From assembly GCA_003487665.1 (NCBI GenBank), contig DNFA01000015.1, forward strand, positions 38,607 to 102,606: a stretch of 64,000 nucleotides of DNA, in the 5' to 3' direction. Position numbers and translations under genes: made by a program. Below, in pieces: positions 18,215-27,431 of this stretch; position 1 is the stretch's first letter, and each line of letters opens with the position of its first letter. The notes beneath the pieces are model-generated. The model was not told where the DNA came from, searched no databases, and was given only the letters and a program-made list of their open reading frames with translations. This DNA comes from Oscillibacter sp. (GTDB lineage Bacteria; Bacillota; Clostridia; Oscillospirales; Oscillospiraceae).

Positions 18215-18987
18215 CAGCCCGCCTCCTTGCTGTGGCTTCTGCAGCACTCGCGGAGGCGGGTGCGCATCACGTCGTAATACTGCTTTTCATTCTCAATGCC
18301 TATGTACCGCCGCCCCGTTCTGCAGCAGGCAACACCGATGGAGGCACTTCCAGCGCAGCAGTCGAGCACAACCTCGCCGGGGTTGGTGTATGTGAGCACC
18401 AGTCTCTCGCACAGCCATACCGGCTTCTGCGTTGGGTGCAGGTGGCTCGTCTGCTTATCGCTGGGGCCTTTGATGACGCTCCTCGGGTAACGGTCTGTGT
18501 TGCCGCCACCTTTGACTTCCTTCGTCGCCTTCTGGTAAATCTCGGTGCGGTTCTGCGTGTCGATGTAATGCGTGTAGCTGTTCACTGGCTGATGGCCGTC
18601 CGTCTTCTGCGGGTTGTACGTCGGCTGGCGGCGGTAGAAAATCAGGATGTTCTCATGCGCCCGCATGGGCATCTTCTTCGCGTTCAGATGGCCCGTGGCG
18701 TTGCTCTTCTCCCAGATCCACTCATACCGCAGATTTCTCAGGTTGCTGCATCCCAGCACCTTGTCGAATGGCGTCTGTGCGAACAGAGCCACAGCTCCGT
18801 TCTTTTTCACTACGCGGTCAGCTTCGCTCCAGAACGCCTCAAGGTCAATCGGCGTGTCCCACTTGCAGTTGGTTCGCCCATACGGCAGATCCGTGAAAAG
18901 GAAGTCCACGCTTCCCGCGGGCAGGAGCCGCATCCCGTCGATGCAGTCTCCCAAATAGGTCTTATAGTTCCAGTCTTTGTGCTCCAT
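18214..18987 (-). CDS. Beta-class amino (N4/N6) DNA methyltransferase
   Basis: FTDLPYG catalytic-type motif, HPTQKP, VLDCCAGS. Confidence 0.9.
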   Translation of the reverse strand: MEHKDWNYKTYLGDCIDGMRLLPAGSVDFLFTDLPYGRTNCKWDTPIDLEAFWSEADRVVKKNGAVALFAQTPFDKVLGCSNLRNLRYEWIWEKSNATGHLNAKKMPMRAHENILIFYRRQPTYNPQKTDGHQPVNSYTHYIDTQNRTEIYQKATKEVKGGGNTDRYPRSVIKGPSDKQTSHLHPTQKPVWLCERLVLTYTNPGEVVLDCCAGSASIGVACCRTGRRYIGIENEKQYYDVMRTRLRECCRSHSKEAG

Positions 18988-18999
18988 GTGGCACCACCC

Positions 19000-19233
19000 T
19001 CACTCGAAGTACCCGCAGGGCGGCTCGTCACAGTAAGCCTCGCGGTCGTGTTCTTCACACCACCCGACACCGTTTACGTCCTCGTCTGTGAACCGCTGGC
19101 AGCCGCCGCAACACATCTCCCGCGGCTCTTTCAGGGCGTGTAAGGCAATGCCGATTGCTGTGTCCAGCTCAGGCTCAAAGCGGCCCTTGCTCTGCTCTCG
19201 TTCAATGATGGCGATTGCGTCGCTTCGTTTCAT
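19000..19233 (-). CDS. Small Cys-rich hypothetical protein
   Basis: RBS, coupled. Confidence 0.55.
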   Translation of the reverse strand: MKRSDAIAIIEREQSKGRFEPELDTAIGIALHALKEPREMCCGGCQRFTDEDVNGVGWCEEHDREAYCDEPPCGYFE

Positions 19234-19404
19234 CCATCACGCCTCCTTCGCGTCGTAGTGCTCGCACCCTACCGATACGTCGAGGCTTTTCTTGGCGTTC
19301 TCGACCTCGTTGTAGCGCCCGGTGACGATGAACATATTGAAGATCGCCAACGACCGCTTCAAGCAGACGTCAACGTGGCGGCAATTCTGACACTTTCGTT
19401 CCAT

Positions 19405-20070
19405 TTACTCCGCCTCCTTGTAGCAGTAGTCGGTGCATCCGTCATCGTTCAGGCCCGGAGCCCTGCCGGTGACGAACGGCGCTTTGCAGATCCCGTCAGG
19501 ATTGAACACGCAATGCTCGGAATCGCACTCGCAGCACAAGCTCGTCAAGAACAATGCCTGTGCAACCTCTCGATCCTTTGGCTCGCCCACGAGCAGCAGC
19601 TTTGCAACGCCGCGGCTGTATCGTTCGTCGAACCATTCCCAGACCTCCTCCCGGTTCGTTCCAGCCGGGAAGCAAAGGAACTGAGCCTCGATTTCTTCCG
19701 TCTCGGGGTTCATTGGCACATCCCCAAACTCAGCCCAGAGCCGCTCCAGCCGCTTGTCTCGCTCTTTCAGCGTCGGGATTGCCTTTGCTCTCTGCTCGTT
19801 CAGGTAGGCTTCATAGTATGCGTACTCGTCCTCGAAGGTTTCGCCGCTCTTTCGGAACTCGTCAAGCGTGTTGCAAATCAGGCCGACCACATCATCCTCG
19901 GGCGTTGCCTTGACGTATTCGTCAGGATCGAGCTCCTCTGCTTTCAAGCATCCGAAGTAGAACCAGTTGTCACCGATCTGGCAGACAGTCCCGTGCTCCA
20001 TATTCGGGTCTTTGACGAAACGGACGCTGCCGTTTCGGATGCCTTCACGCACCATATCCTCAGTAATCAT
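19405..20070 (-). CDS. Hypothetical multidomain protein
   Basis: GAGGTG RBS; LWAEFGDVP..FPAGT.REEVW.WFDE. Confidence 0.7.
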   Translation of the reverse strand: MITEDMVREGIRNGSVRFVKDPNMEHGTVCQIGDNWFYFGCLKAEELDPDEYVKATPEDDVVGLICNTLDEFRKSGETFEDEYAYYEAYLNEQRAKAIPTLKERDKRLERLWAEFGDVPMNPETEEIEAQFLCFPAGTNREEVWEWFDERYSRGVAKLLLVGEPKDREVAQALFLTSLCCECDSEHCVFNPDGICKAPFVTGRAPGLNDDGCTDYCYKEAE

Positions 20071-20462
20071 CCGAACATCACCTCCCCGAACAAAGCGAGC
20101 TGCACAATCTCGTCAGCGCAGGCAGCGTCGATTTGACAGCAGTCCACAGTGCCGTCTTTCTGCACAGCCCCGTATTTGTCGAGGCCCTGCTCGGCCCACA
20201 GCTTGAAGCCCTTCAGAAACTTCTCCAGATCCAGTTCCCACTTCTCGCTGCTGTCCTCGATGTCGTGGAGAACCAGGGCGCCGCCGCGGGCAATCTGCTC
20301 GTGTCCCCAATCAGCGCAGCGTCGCTCCTCCACAACCTCGGCTTCGGAGCACCAGTAGTTGATGCCGCCCTCCAAAGCCGCAACCATGATGTCGTCGATG
20401 TCCTCGACCGTCAGTTTGACATCGCGCTCAGTGTGAACGCTGAAGGTTTGCTTCTTCTCCAT
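20067..20462 (-). CDS. Hypothetical protein, paralog of the adjacent gene's C-terminal domain
   Basis: EDIDDIMVAALEGGINYW..ADEIVQLALFGE. Confidence 0.75.
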   Translation of the reverse strand: MEKKQTFSVHTERDVKLTVEDIDDIMVAALEGGINYWCSEAEVVEERRCADWGHEQIARGGALVLHDIEDSSEKWELDLEKFLKGFKLWAEQGLDKYGAVQKDGTVDCCQIDAACADEIVQLALFGEVMFG

Positions 20463-20473
20463 GTTGTCCCTCC

Positions 20474-21097
20474 TCAAAACTTCGTTTCTCCGAAAAGGGC
20501 GAACTGCACGATCACGTCCGCCTCGTTCGTTGTCAGGTCATCCAGAGCCAGCCGTTCATCCTCAATGCGGATGTGGCAGCTCTCGTTCAGATACTGCTCG
20601 ACACCGCTCATTAGGTTCTGCCAAGACAGCTTGTGCCATTCTCCGCCAATCTCGTGGATCATCAGTTCGCCGCCAAGCGCGACCTGTTCGCAGACACGCT
20701 TGCCCAGTTTGTCGCCTACCGTTTTCACCGCATCAGACCAAGCAGAAATACCGCCAGCATTGAGCGCCTCGTACAGAATCAGGTCTACATCCTCCGCGGT
20801 GATGCAAACCATCGCGGATACCTTGCACCAATGGTTGTTCATCTTTCCACCTTCTTGTCGTCCGGTCTCCTTGATCTTTTTCACGTCACTCTCATTGATC
20901 GCCGAGAGCGCTTCCTGGCAGATCCACTTTCTGAAACGAGACTTTTCCCACTCGCGCTGGCCCTTCTTGAGTTCAGCTTTCTCTTCGGGCGTCATGTCCT
21001 TGCCGTACCACTTCGCCGTATCGCAGCAATTCACCACGCCAGCCTTGCCCTCCACTTCGCTCGTAAGAAAAACCGTCTCATTCGCATTTTCGCTCAT
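20474..21097 (-). CDS. Hypothetical protein (possible internal start at 20842)
   Basis: EDVDLILYEALNAGGISAW..ADVIVQFALFGE. Confidence 0.65.
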   Translation of the reverse strand: MSENANETVFLTSEVEGKAGVVNCCDTAKWYGKDMTPEEKAELKKGQREWEKSRFRKWICQEALSAINESDVKKIKETGRQEGGKMNNHWCKVSAMVCITAEDVDLILYEALNAGGISAWSDAVKTVGDKLGKRVCEQVALGGELMIHEIGGEWHKLSWQNLMSGVEQYLNESCHIRIEDERLALDDLTTNEADVIVQFALFGETKF

Positions 21098-21101
21098 CTT
21101 G

Positions 21102-21446
21102 TCATTCCTCCTCATCGTCTTCGATTTCGGGCAGAGCTGAACTCGGATGCTGCCAGTCGCAGTACCAGAACAGGTGTCTTGCCTTCTCTACGTCCCCGCC
21201 GCACTCTTCAACGAAGTCGTTGCCGGTGTAGCAGCAACCGACGATTTCCTCCACGTCCTCCGGGCCGTTTGCAGGTTCCGTGACCGGAATCAGGTTTAGG
21301 GCAAGGTCGGGAATGTAAATGATGTCGTCGCTCCGTTCAAACCGAGTGGCCTTGAAGATTTCGCAATCCTGACCGTTTCTGAACGCGAACAGGTCATCCA
21401 TGACGGCTCCACCGAGCAGCTTCTCTCGCAATTCTGCCTTTGTCAT
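21102..21446 (-). CDS. Hypothetical protein
   Basis: GQDCEIFK..LF.YCDWQHPSS. Confidence 0.7.
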   Translation of the reverse strand: MTKAELREKLLGGAVMDDLFAFRNGQDCEIFKATRFERSDDIIYIPDLALNLIPVTEPANGPEDVEEIVGCCYTGNDFVEECGGDVEKARHLFWYCDWQHPSSALPEIEDDEEE

Positions 21447-21952
21447 TCCTGAGCACCTCCTCTGCAAAGACTCTCGCCACAGCCGGGGCAGTAGTCGGGA
21501 TAATCAAGGGCGTCGCAGTCCTCGTACCAGATGTGGTTGCACCGGAGGCTTCTATACTGCCGCAGTTCCGCGTCCTCGGCAGGCCCGTCGCCTGTCTCGT
21601 ATTTTCTCTGTGCTTTTGCCGCCTGAGCGGCTTCCTTTTCCCCGGCCAGCCACATCATGCACTCGGTCAGGTCGGGGAACTCTTCCGTCCAAGCGTCGCC
21701 GGTGCTATTGTCGATGCCGATGTACTCAACGCCAGTCTCCAGCACGAACAGGCCACGAGGCCCGCGGTGTTCGATGATGGCGTTTGCCTCCTGCTGGCTG
21801 ACGTGTTTGAACCACCGATAGTCCTCATGTACCACGCCGCAGTTGGGGCAAACCCAAAGTGGGACGTTGTTGCGCTTCCCGAACCTGCCAAAGTAGATGT
21901 CCCGCGAAACGTAGCTTCCGCAGTCATAGCATCTTGTAGCCTGAGCTATCAT
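21443..21952 (-). CDS. Zinc-finger hypothetical protein
   Basis: CYDC, CPNC, GIDNSTGDAWTEEF. Confidence 0.65.
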   Translation of the reverse strand: MIAQATRCYDCGSYVSRDIYFGRFGKRNNVPLWVCPNCGVVHEDYRWFKHVSQQEANAIIEHRGPRGLFVLETGVEYIGIDNSTGDAWTEEFPDLTECMMWLAGEKEAAQAAKAQRKYETGDGPAEDAELRQYRSLRCNHIWYEDCDALDYPDYCPGCGESLCRGGAQE

Positions 21953-21965
21953 TTCCACACCTCCT

Positions 21966-22154
21966 TCAGTTCCAGCACAAGTTTCGGATCTCTCGATCAG
22001 AAAGTCCAATCGTTCCATCCAACATCTCGGTCAGGAAGTCGTACTGTTCGTCGCCTCCCATGCGGTCGGCGTACTCCAAAACATTTCGGATGATGCGAGC
22101 CGCGGTGCCGCTGATGTCGAACTCTTCCAACAGCCACTCATACGCCTTTTCCAT
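21966..22154 (-). CDS. Hypothetical protein
   Basis: ATG right after the upstream stop. Confidence 0.55.
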   Translation of the reverse strand: MEKAYEWLLEEFDISGTAARIIRNVLEYADRMGGDEQYDFLTEMLDGTIGLSDREIRNLCWN

Positions 22155-22155
22155 A

Positions 22156-23076
22156 TTAGCGGCCACCAGCCCTTTCGTATTCATGCACCGTCCGGTGCTC
22201 GCCGTCGTCTTCAACATAGGGGCGGTGGATGTCGAACCCGTGGTCGAGCATCACCTGCTGTACCGCATCGACAGCCTCGCCGATGTGGTACATATCCCAG
22301 TCGAACTCGTCCTCGTCCTGTTCCAGAAGAACCAGCAGGAACCGGTACATAGCGTTGTCGATCTCGTCCAGACGCTCAATCTGACGAGGCGACAGCTCTG
22401 CTCGGTCATCTTCGTCATCAGACTCGCCTTGCAGCACATCCTCCATCGCAGACGCCAGCTTGTTCAGCATCAGTTTGATGTCATCAGCATCCTTCGCAAG
22501 CGTCTTGAGGTCAGGGACACCGGACACCCGTCCCTGTGCCTCAATCCACATCTTGGCGTGTTCCTCAGCGTCGAAGCCATTCGCATAGGAACGGATCTCG
22601 CGCACCATGTCGTCCGCGTTGTTGACATCGTCCGCGCCGACGTCGAAAGAGAAATCTTCACCGGCGGGGCTGTTCTGGATAAACTCCCATTCGGTGTCGC
22701 TTTCGCGGACGCACCAGCCAAGCTCCTCGGCTTTATCGAGCAGATCGTCAATGTTCACGTCGTTCCCCAACTCACCGAGGTCAATCTCGATGACGGGCAT
22801 CTTCTGGCTGAGGCCCGCACAGTATTCGCACCAAGCGTCAGTCGGTTCGTCCGTGTCTTCGTCGTAATCGCAGAGGGCGAGGCTTTCGATGCCAGCGGCC
22901 TGCGCAATCTCGCGCATCACGTCTCCATAGCAGGAGCCGTTGCGCTCGAAGCCACGCATCCGCTCTTTGATGCTCTGCTCAATGTCGTCGGCCTGTTCCT
23001 GCGGAACGACCATAACGCTGTCCATCCAGCGGTTCATTTCGGATTTGCACCGAATGGCTACCGTGTTTTCACTCAT
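22156..23076 (-). CDS. Acidic multidomain hypothetical protein
   Basis: AAAGGA RBS; SPAGEDFSF module. Confidence 0.75.
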   Translation of the reverse strand: MSENTVAIRCKSEMNRWMDSVMVVPQEQADDIEQSIKERMRGFERNGSCYGDVMREIAQAAGIESLALCDYDEDTDEPTDAWCEYCAGLSQKMPVIEIDLGELGNDVNIDDLLDKAEELGWCVRESDTEWEFIQNSPAGEDFSFDVGADDVNNADDMVREIRSYANGFDAEEHAKMWIEAQGRVSGVPDLKTLAKDADDIKLMLNKLASAMEDVLQGESDDEDDRAELSPRQIERLDEIDNAMYRFLLVLLEQDEDEFDWDMYHIGEAVDAVQQVMLDHGFDIHRPYVEDDGEHRTVHEYERAGGR

Positions 23077-23118
23077 ATCGTCTGTCCTTTCCTACACATC
23101 CGCATTGACGCGGACGTA

Positions 23119-23262
23119 ATTTCAAATTAGCCACATGGAAACCAGCGCCCGTAGAAGCCCCTGAGAGGCTCTGTATGGCACGTTTCCGTGCGGTGGTGAA
23201 AGTGTATGCTTTCCGCCGTAGAGCACGTTCTCGGTCTTGTGCGTCGGTTTTGGCGGGTGTTA
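23119..23262 (+). repeat. Dispersed hairpin element, copy A
   Basis: GCCCGTAGA..GGTGAAAGTGTAT..CGTAG..CGGTCTTGT..TTTGGCGG; branched imperfect hairpin. Confidence 0.65.
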
Positions 23263-23544
23263 CGCCTTGCTGTTTGGACTGCTCAGTAGCTCCAGCTCTC
23301 TCTCGATGGTCTCGTCGAGCCTGTGCGAGAGGTTCTGGGTGAGCCACAAATCGGTCGGCGTGTACTCCGTAACATCTTCCCCAGTCTGCCGGTAGAAGCC
23401 ATCCATCTCCGCCTGACCCATGCCGTACTCAGCTCTGCTCTCTCGCCAAGCATCAGTCAGCTTGACCCGATGCCTCTGAAGCTGTTCGAGCGTCATCCGC
23501 CCGATGTCCTCGGTAAGCAGCTTCCTCGCCTGTGCTATCTTCAT
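23260..23544 (-). CDS. Hypothetical protein
   Basis: AGGAGG RBS. Confidence 0.65.
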   Translation of the reverse strand: MKIAQARKLLTEDIGRMTLEQLQRHRVKLTDAWRESRAEYGMGQAEMDGFYRQTGEDVTEYTPTDLWLTQNLSHRLDETIERELELLSSPNSKA

Positions 23545-23556
23545 CTGTGCTTCCTC

Positions 23557-23736
23557 CTACAAGATGCCGAGCTGCCGGTTACGGTTATGTACGTCAACGC
23601 CGATCTCACCAATGGCGGCGAGTAGGTCGCGCTTCTCTTCTGTGTCGTTGGACTTCTCCCAGCGGTCGATAGCCTCCTTCAAGGCGTCGATGTAGCTGGC
23701 ATTCGTGCGGAGCAACTCCACCGCCGTCTTATTCAT
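23557..23736 (-). CDS. Hypothetical protein (59 aa, not in the ORF track)
   Basis: ATGA overlap, GGAGG RBS. Confidence 0.55.
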   Translation of the reverse strand: MNKTAVELLRTNASYIDALKEAIDRWEKSNDTEEKRDLLAAIGEIGVDVHNRNRQLGIL

Positions 23737-24107
23737 TCCGACGCCTCCATTTCATCGACCAGTTCCCACCGGGTCTTGTACTGCTTCTGGATTTTCCAGT
23801 CAACGATGCGCATATCGTTGGCGGCGTCCTCGTCGATCACAATGTCGATGCCGAAGCCGCCGCACATCTGCGTCTGGGTATGGGCGCCTTTGCTGCGTTC
23901 GCGGATCAGCGCGTTCAGAGCATCGACTGCGGCCTGCTGGCTCTTGAACGTATGGCGACCGACCCAGTTCATTTCCTGCCAGCCCTTCGCCATGTTCTCC
24001 AAAATCCAGAACCCGCGGCCGCTGCGCTTCATCCACGCATCCTGATAGAGAACGCGCCATACCGGAATCAGTTCCACGCCGTCAACAGCGATCTTCTTGT
24101 CTTCCAT
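23733..24107 (-). CDS. Hypothetical protein
   Basis: AAAGGA RBS. Confidence 0.65.
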   Translation of the reverse strand: MEDKKIAVDGVELIPVWRVLYQDAWMKRSGRGFWILENMAKGWQEMNWVGRHTFKSQQAAVDALNALIRERSKGAHTQTQMCGGFGIDIVIDEDAANDMRIVDWKIQKQYKTRWELVDEMEASE

Positions 24108-24109
24108 GT

Positions 24110-24373
24110 TTACGCTTCCTTTCTGGAGCAAAGCTCCGGTTGATACTGCAGAACCTCTTCGATGATGTGCTTGGCCTTGACGATGCCGAACTCCTGAAGA
24201 AGCTGCTGCGGCGTGTAGATGTCCGCCATCCTGACCGACCGGTGGCCGGTCGTGTACGCTTTCTTGAGCGCCGTCTTGCTGGTGTACTCGGTGCTGAACG
24301 CCCAGCGCATATACTCGGAACCGCACTGGTTGCAGTTGCCGCTACGCTTGATGAAGTAATACGCCTTCCCCAT
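24110..24373 (-). CDS. Hypothetical protein
   Basis: AAGGAG RBS. Confidence 0.65.
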   Translation of the reverse strand: MGKAYYFIKRSGNCNQCGSEYMRWAFSTEYTSKTALKKAYTTGHRSVRMADIYTPQQLLQEFGIVKAKHIIEEVLQYQPELCSRKEA

Positions 24374-24384
24374 AGCTGTTCTCC

Positions 24385-24612
24385 TTATCCGTAAATCTGA
24401 GTGACGATCTCAACGCCGGCATTGATGGCTGCCGGGATGTCCGTCCCGAGCTGCCGGTAGAAGTCAGGATGAACAATGCACTCATAAGCTCTGCACATCG
24501 TATCTCTCTGCTCCGCCGTGATGTTGATGCGGAAACCCTTTGCAATCCGAAGGGCCTCTTTGAAGTTGCCCGCGGCCACAGCTTCACGCACGATGTCAGA
24601 TTTGCGTTTCAT
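24385..24612 (-). CDS. Hypothetical protein, first gene after promoter P2
   Basis: RBS; directly downstream of the promoter. Confidence 0.7.
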   Translation of the reverse strand: MKRKSDIVREAVAAGNFKEALRIAKGFRINITAEQRDTMCRAYECIVHPDFYRQLGTDIPAAINAGVEIVTQIYG

Positions 24613-24640
24613 GTTCTCCGTTCCTTTCTAATTAGCCGGT

Positions 24641-24704
24641 TGGTTAATTTGTAACTTTATTATACTGCGATACCTACCTATGTCAATATGTTTTCGTTAA
24701 TTTT
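24641..24704. repeat. 64-bp direct repeat, copy 2
   Basis: Matches 15703-15766. Confidence 0.9.
24659..24686 (-). promoter_or_regulatory. Promoter P2 (identical to P1)
   Basis: TTGACA-taggtaggtatcgcag-TATAAT. Confidence 0.85.
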
Positions 24705-24755
24705 ACAAATTATTTTTCTGTATCATATTCACATACGTTTATATTCGACAGGCAG

Positions 24756-24788
24756 AAAAAGACGGCCCCGGCATAGGGCCGAGGCCGC
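24756..24788 (-). terminator. Intrinsic terminator after the BRO gene
   Basis: GC-rich stem plus T5. Confidence 0.65.
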
Positions 24789-24792
24789 CCAC

Positions 24793-25320
24793 TCACGCTT
24801 CTGCGGTCACTATGTACTTCTTGAGCTCAAGCAGCTCCAACAAAATCGCGTCGATTCGCCGGTTGATGGCGTCGCTTCCAGCTTTAGGGGGAGGCGTCGG
24901 CTTCTCGGGGACAGCTACCTGCGTCGGTGCTGGCAGCTCCGTCGGCGTCTGCTCGTCTGGCTTTCCCAGCTTACAGGCGAACACCTTGCCCTCGATCCAT
25001 GCCCTCGTTTCCTTGCTGCATCCGAAGATGTCCAAAATCATCCGCCCACAGCGTTCGGTCACGAAGTACATCGGCACAGACCGGCGGGATGCGCCGCCCG
25101 TCTTCCCGTTGACCGGAAACGGCAGTTTCACCAGCTTCACGTCGCTCTCGCTCTTTGCTTCGCGCTGGCACCACTTGGTCGGATAGGCGCAGCCACAGGC
25201 GGCCAGCAGATCCCGTGCCGCGTACATCGTCTCGCCTTCGTTCAGGAGAACGCGGACTGCGCTTCCCTCCTGCTCCACAACGGCTACTCTGCCAATGAAG
25301 CTCTTGACGGTCTCGCTCAT
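24793..25320 (-). CDS. BRO-N domain protein (antirepressor-like)
   Basis: VRVLLNEGETMYAARDLLAACG..MYFVTE.....AWIEGKV. Confidence 0.65.
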   Translation of the reverse strand: MSETVKSFIGRVAVVEQEGSAVRVLLNEGETMYAARDLLAACGCAYPTKWCQREAKSESDVKLVKLPFPVNGKTGGASRRSVPMYFVTERCGRMILDIFGCSKETRAWIEGKVFACKLGKPDEQTPTELPAPTQVAVPEKPTPPPKAGSDAINRRIDAILLELLELKKYIVTAEA

Positions 25321-25589
25321 ACCGCACCGCCTTTCTCCGCTTCACGGTTCGCAAAGTTCACCGCGAAGATGGCGTTGCAGACCTCCATGTGGCCGGCGAA
25401 CTCTTCCATCTCACCCATCAGCGCGTGAACTCTGTCCTTGATCTCGTAGAAGGCCAAGGCGCCTCTGTCCCTCTTCTCTGCCTCTCCCTCGGCCATGTCG
25501 AGGAAGTAGAAGTAGGTGGACTCGAACATCTCCAGAAATACATCCAGCTTTGCCGCGTCCGCTCTCAATTTGTCGGGGGTCGTCATCAT
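25317..25589 (-). CDS. Hypothetical protein, paralog of 37-309
   Basis: AAAGGAG RBS; motif similarity. Confidence 0.8.
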   Translation of the reverse strand: MMTTPDKLRADAAKLDVFLEMFESTYFYFLDMAEGEAEKRDRGALAFYEIKDRVHALMGEMEEFAGHMEVCNAIFAVNFANREAEKGGAV

Positions 25590-25614
25590 AAGTGTATTGC
25601 TCCTTTCGTCGTTC

Positions 25615-25643
25615 TTGACAGCGGCCGGCAGCCATGTTACACT
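25615..25643 (+). promoter_or_regulatory. Antisense promoter
   Basis: TTGACA-17-TACACT with TG extension. Confidence 0.7.
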
Positions 25644-25649
25644 TACCTT

Positions 25650-25731
25650 GCTCGGAGGTGTGTAACGCAGTCACAGGTGGCTGCTGAACCGCCGGAACCC
25701 TTGGTGTTGCAAGCACTGAGGGTTCTTTTTT
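25650..25731 (+). ncRNA. Candidate ~80-nt antisense sRNA
   Basis: Lies between a plus-strand promoter and a 14-bp stem + T6 terminator (25695-25731); no ORF; antisense to the P4 leader. Confidence 0.55.
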
Positions 25732-25746
25732 GTTTCCTGTGATTTG

Positions 25747-25774
25747 ATTATAACATTTTACCTACCTAAAGCAA
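25747..25774 (-). promoter_or_regulatory. Promoter P4
   Basis: TTGCTT-taggtaggtaaaatgt-TATAAT. Confidence 0.7.
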
Positions 25775-25825
25775 GATAGGTGCGCGGTAATAACATTTAA
25801 CCGTTCGGATAACAGCAAAAACGCG

Positions 25826-25855
25826 AAAAAGCCCTGCGTCAGACGACGCGGGGCT
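25826..25855 (-). terminator. Intrinsic terminator after the XRE gene
   Basis: AGCCCCGCGTC..GACGCAGGGCT stem plus T tract. Confidence 0.65.
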
Positions 25856-25884
25856 ATACTCGTTTTTACGCTCATATACTTTGC

Positions 25885-26238
25885 CTATCTCTCTTTCAGA
25901 ATGACCCCAGCCATCTCCGCAAGCATCTCGATCTGGGACGGCGTCGGATCGGACTCAGAAAAAATTTTTTGAATTTTTTCGGCCTCCGTGCCTTCCACGA
26001 GGTCTGGCAGGATATAATTCGGCGAAACTCGTAATTCGCGGCATAAAGTGGCGAATACCGGCAGGCTCGGCAACTTCTTTCCGTCCTCAATCTGGCGCAG
26101 ATACGTCGAATTGATGTTGCAAGCCTCTGCCAGCTTCTCAGCCGTCAGGCCGCGGTCTTTTCGGGCTTTGTTGATTCTCGTTCCAAATAGCTTCTTGTCC
26201 ACTTTTTGCTCCTCCAATGATGTATGCCGTCGGTTCAT
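25885..26238 (-). CDS. XRE-family HTH transcriptional regulator (alternative GTG start 26202)
   Basis: FGTRINKARKDRGLTAEKLAEACNINSTYLRQIEDGKKLPSL. Confidence 0.9.
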   Translation of the reverse strand: MNRRHTSLEEQKVDKKLFGTRINKARKDRGLTAEKLAEACNINSTYLRQIEDGKKLPSLPVFATLCRELRVSPNYILPDLVEGTEAEKIQKIFSESDPTPSQIEMLAEMAGVILKER

Positions 26239-26267
26239 ACCACCTCTTCTCATAGCTTACAGCCCCG

Positions 26268-26296
26268 TTGACGCTCACGAAATCCACTGTTAGAAT
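26268..26296 (+). promoter_or_regulatory. Promoter of the plus-strand nuclease gene
   Basis: TTGACG-17-TAGAAT with TG extension. Confidence 0.7.
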
Positions 26297-26344
26297 ATAG
26301 ACCATGAGCCAGTAGACTATACCACATGAACGGAGGATATTTTC

Positions 26345-27430
26345 ATGGGTCTTTCAGGGTCTAAACTCTACCGCCTTTCCGGTGGCACCGTCATCCCGGC
26401 CAGCGAGGCTCTATATCCCGCAGAGGCCGACCTCCAGCAGCTTATTGCGGAAAATCCGCAACTGCTGCTCAGCTCCCCCAATGAGGGCCAGCGCCTTTAC
26501 CTGTTGCGTCGAGAACAGCCCGTGCGCGATGCTCCAGATGGGCCAGCCCTTTTCTCCATTGACCATCTCTTCGTTGACCAAGACGGTCTTCCCGTGCTCG
26601 TCGAGGTGAAGCGGAGCACCGACACCAGAATCCGCCGCGAAGTCGTAGGCCAGATGCTCGACTACGCCTCCCGTATGCGGGCGTGGAGCGCCAGCGAACT
26701 CAGGTCGTCCGCGTCGCTTCTGGATGTTCCAGATGATCTATGGGCCGCTCTCGACGGCAATCTGAAGGCCGAGCGGATGCGGCTGATTTTCGCGGCAGAC
26801 TCTATCCCTGACTCCTTGGCCTCCATGATTGACTTCCTCGACCGCAGCATGGACGCTATCGAGGTCTGCGGCGTCGAGATTAAGCGGTACGTTTCCGAGG
26901 ACGGTGCCGAGCTGATCTCCTCCACGATTGTCGGCGGTGGCAATTCGCCTGTCAAGCAGGCTGCCAGATACTCCACTATCTGGGACGCCGACAGCATGGC
27001 CGAGCAGCTCAACCAGCGCGAAAACTCAGCCATCGTTCCGGTTGTCGCCGCTCTCACATCGTTCGCCTCCAGCGCCGGTCTGCAGATCAGTTATGGTCGC
27101 GGTACGAAGTTTGGCGTGTGCAGGGCGCTTCGGAACGGTCGCAAGGTATTTAGTGTGACCTCATGGGAAAAGGGCCATACGGGTCTCAGGACGGCCGTTG
27201 AGGTATCTTTACCGTCGTTGGTAGACCAGACCTGCGGCACATTCGAGGAAGATGCGCTACGTTCCATGCTCCTGACGTTCCCCGACGCTTCCCCAGCCGA
27301 CGCCGAGCAATTCATCTTCGGCTCCAGCCAGTTCCAGTATATCGACCTGCGATTACTTGCAGAGCCATCAAACCTCTCGCATTTCCAGAACGCCATCACT
27401 CAAATCGTTCAGGCCATCCCTGAAGAATAA
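26345..27430 (+). CDS. NucS-like PD-(D/E)XK endonuclease domain protein (moron)
   Basis: EADLQ.LI.ENPQLL, IDHLFVD, LVEVKR, REVVGQMLDYA. Confidence 0.8.
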   Translation: MGLSGSKLYRLSGGTVIPASEALYPAEADLQQLIAENPQLLLSSPNEGQRLYLLRREQPVRDAPDGPALFSIDHLFVDQDGLPVLVEVKRSTDTRIRREVVGQMLDYASRMRAWSASELRSSASLLDVPDDLWAALDGNLKAERMRLIFAADSIPDSLASMIDFLDRSMDAIEVCGVEIKRYVSEDGAELISSTIVGGGNSPVKQAARYSTIWDADSMAEQLNQRENSAIVPVVAALTSFASSAGLQISYGRGTKFGVCRALRNGRKVFSVTSWEKGHTGLRTAVEVSLPSLVDQTCGTFEEDALRSMLLTFPDASPADAEQFIFGSSQFQYIDLRLLAEPSNLSHFQNAITQIVQAIPEE

Positions 27431-27431
27431 G

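Noticed and set aside
15703..24704. 64-bp repeat as att sites or CRISPR repeats
   Set aside because: It coincides with promoters, has only two full copies, no spacer array and no integrase nearby
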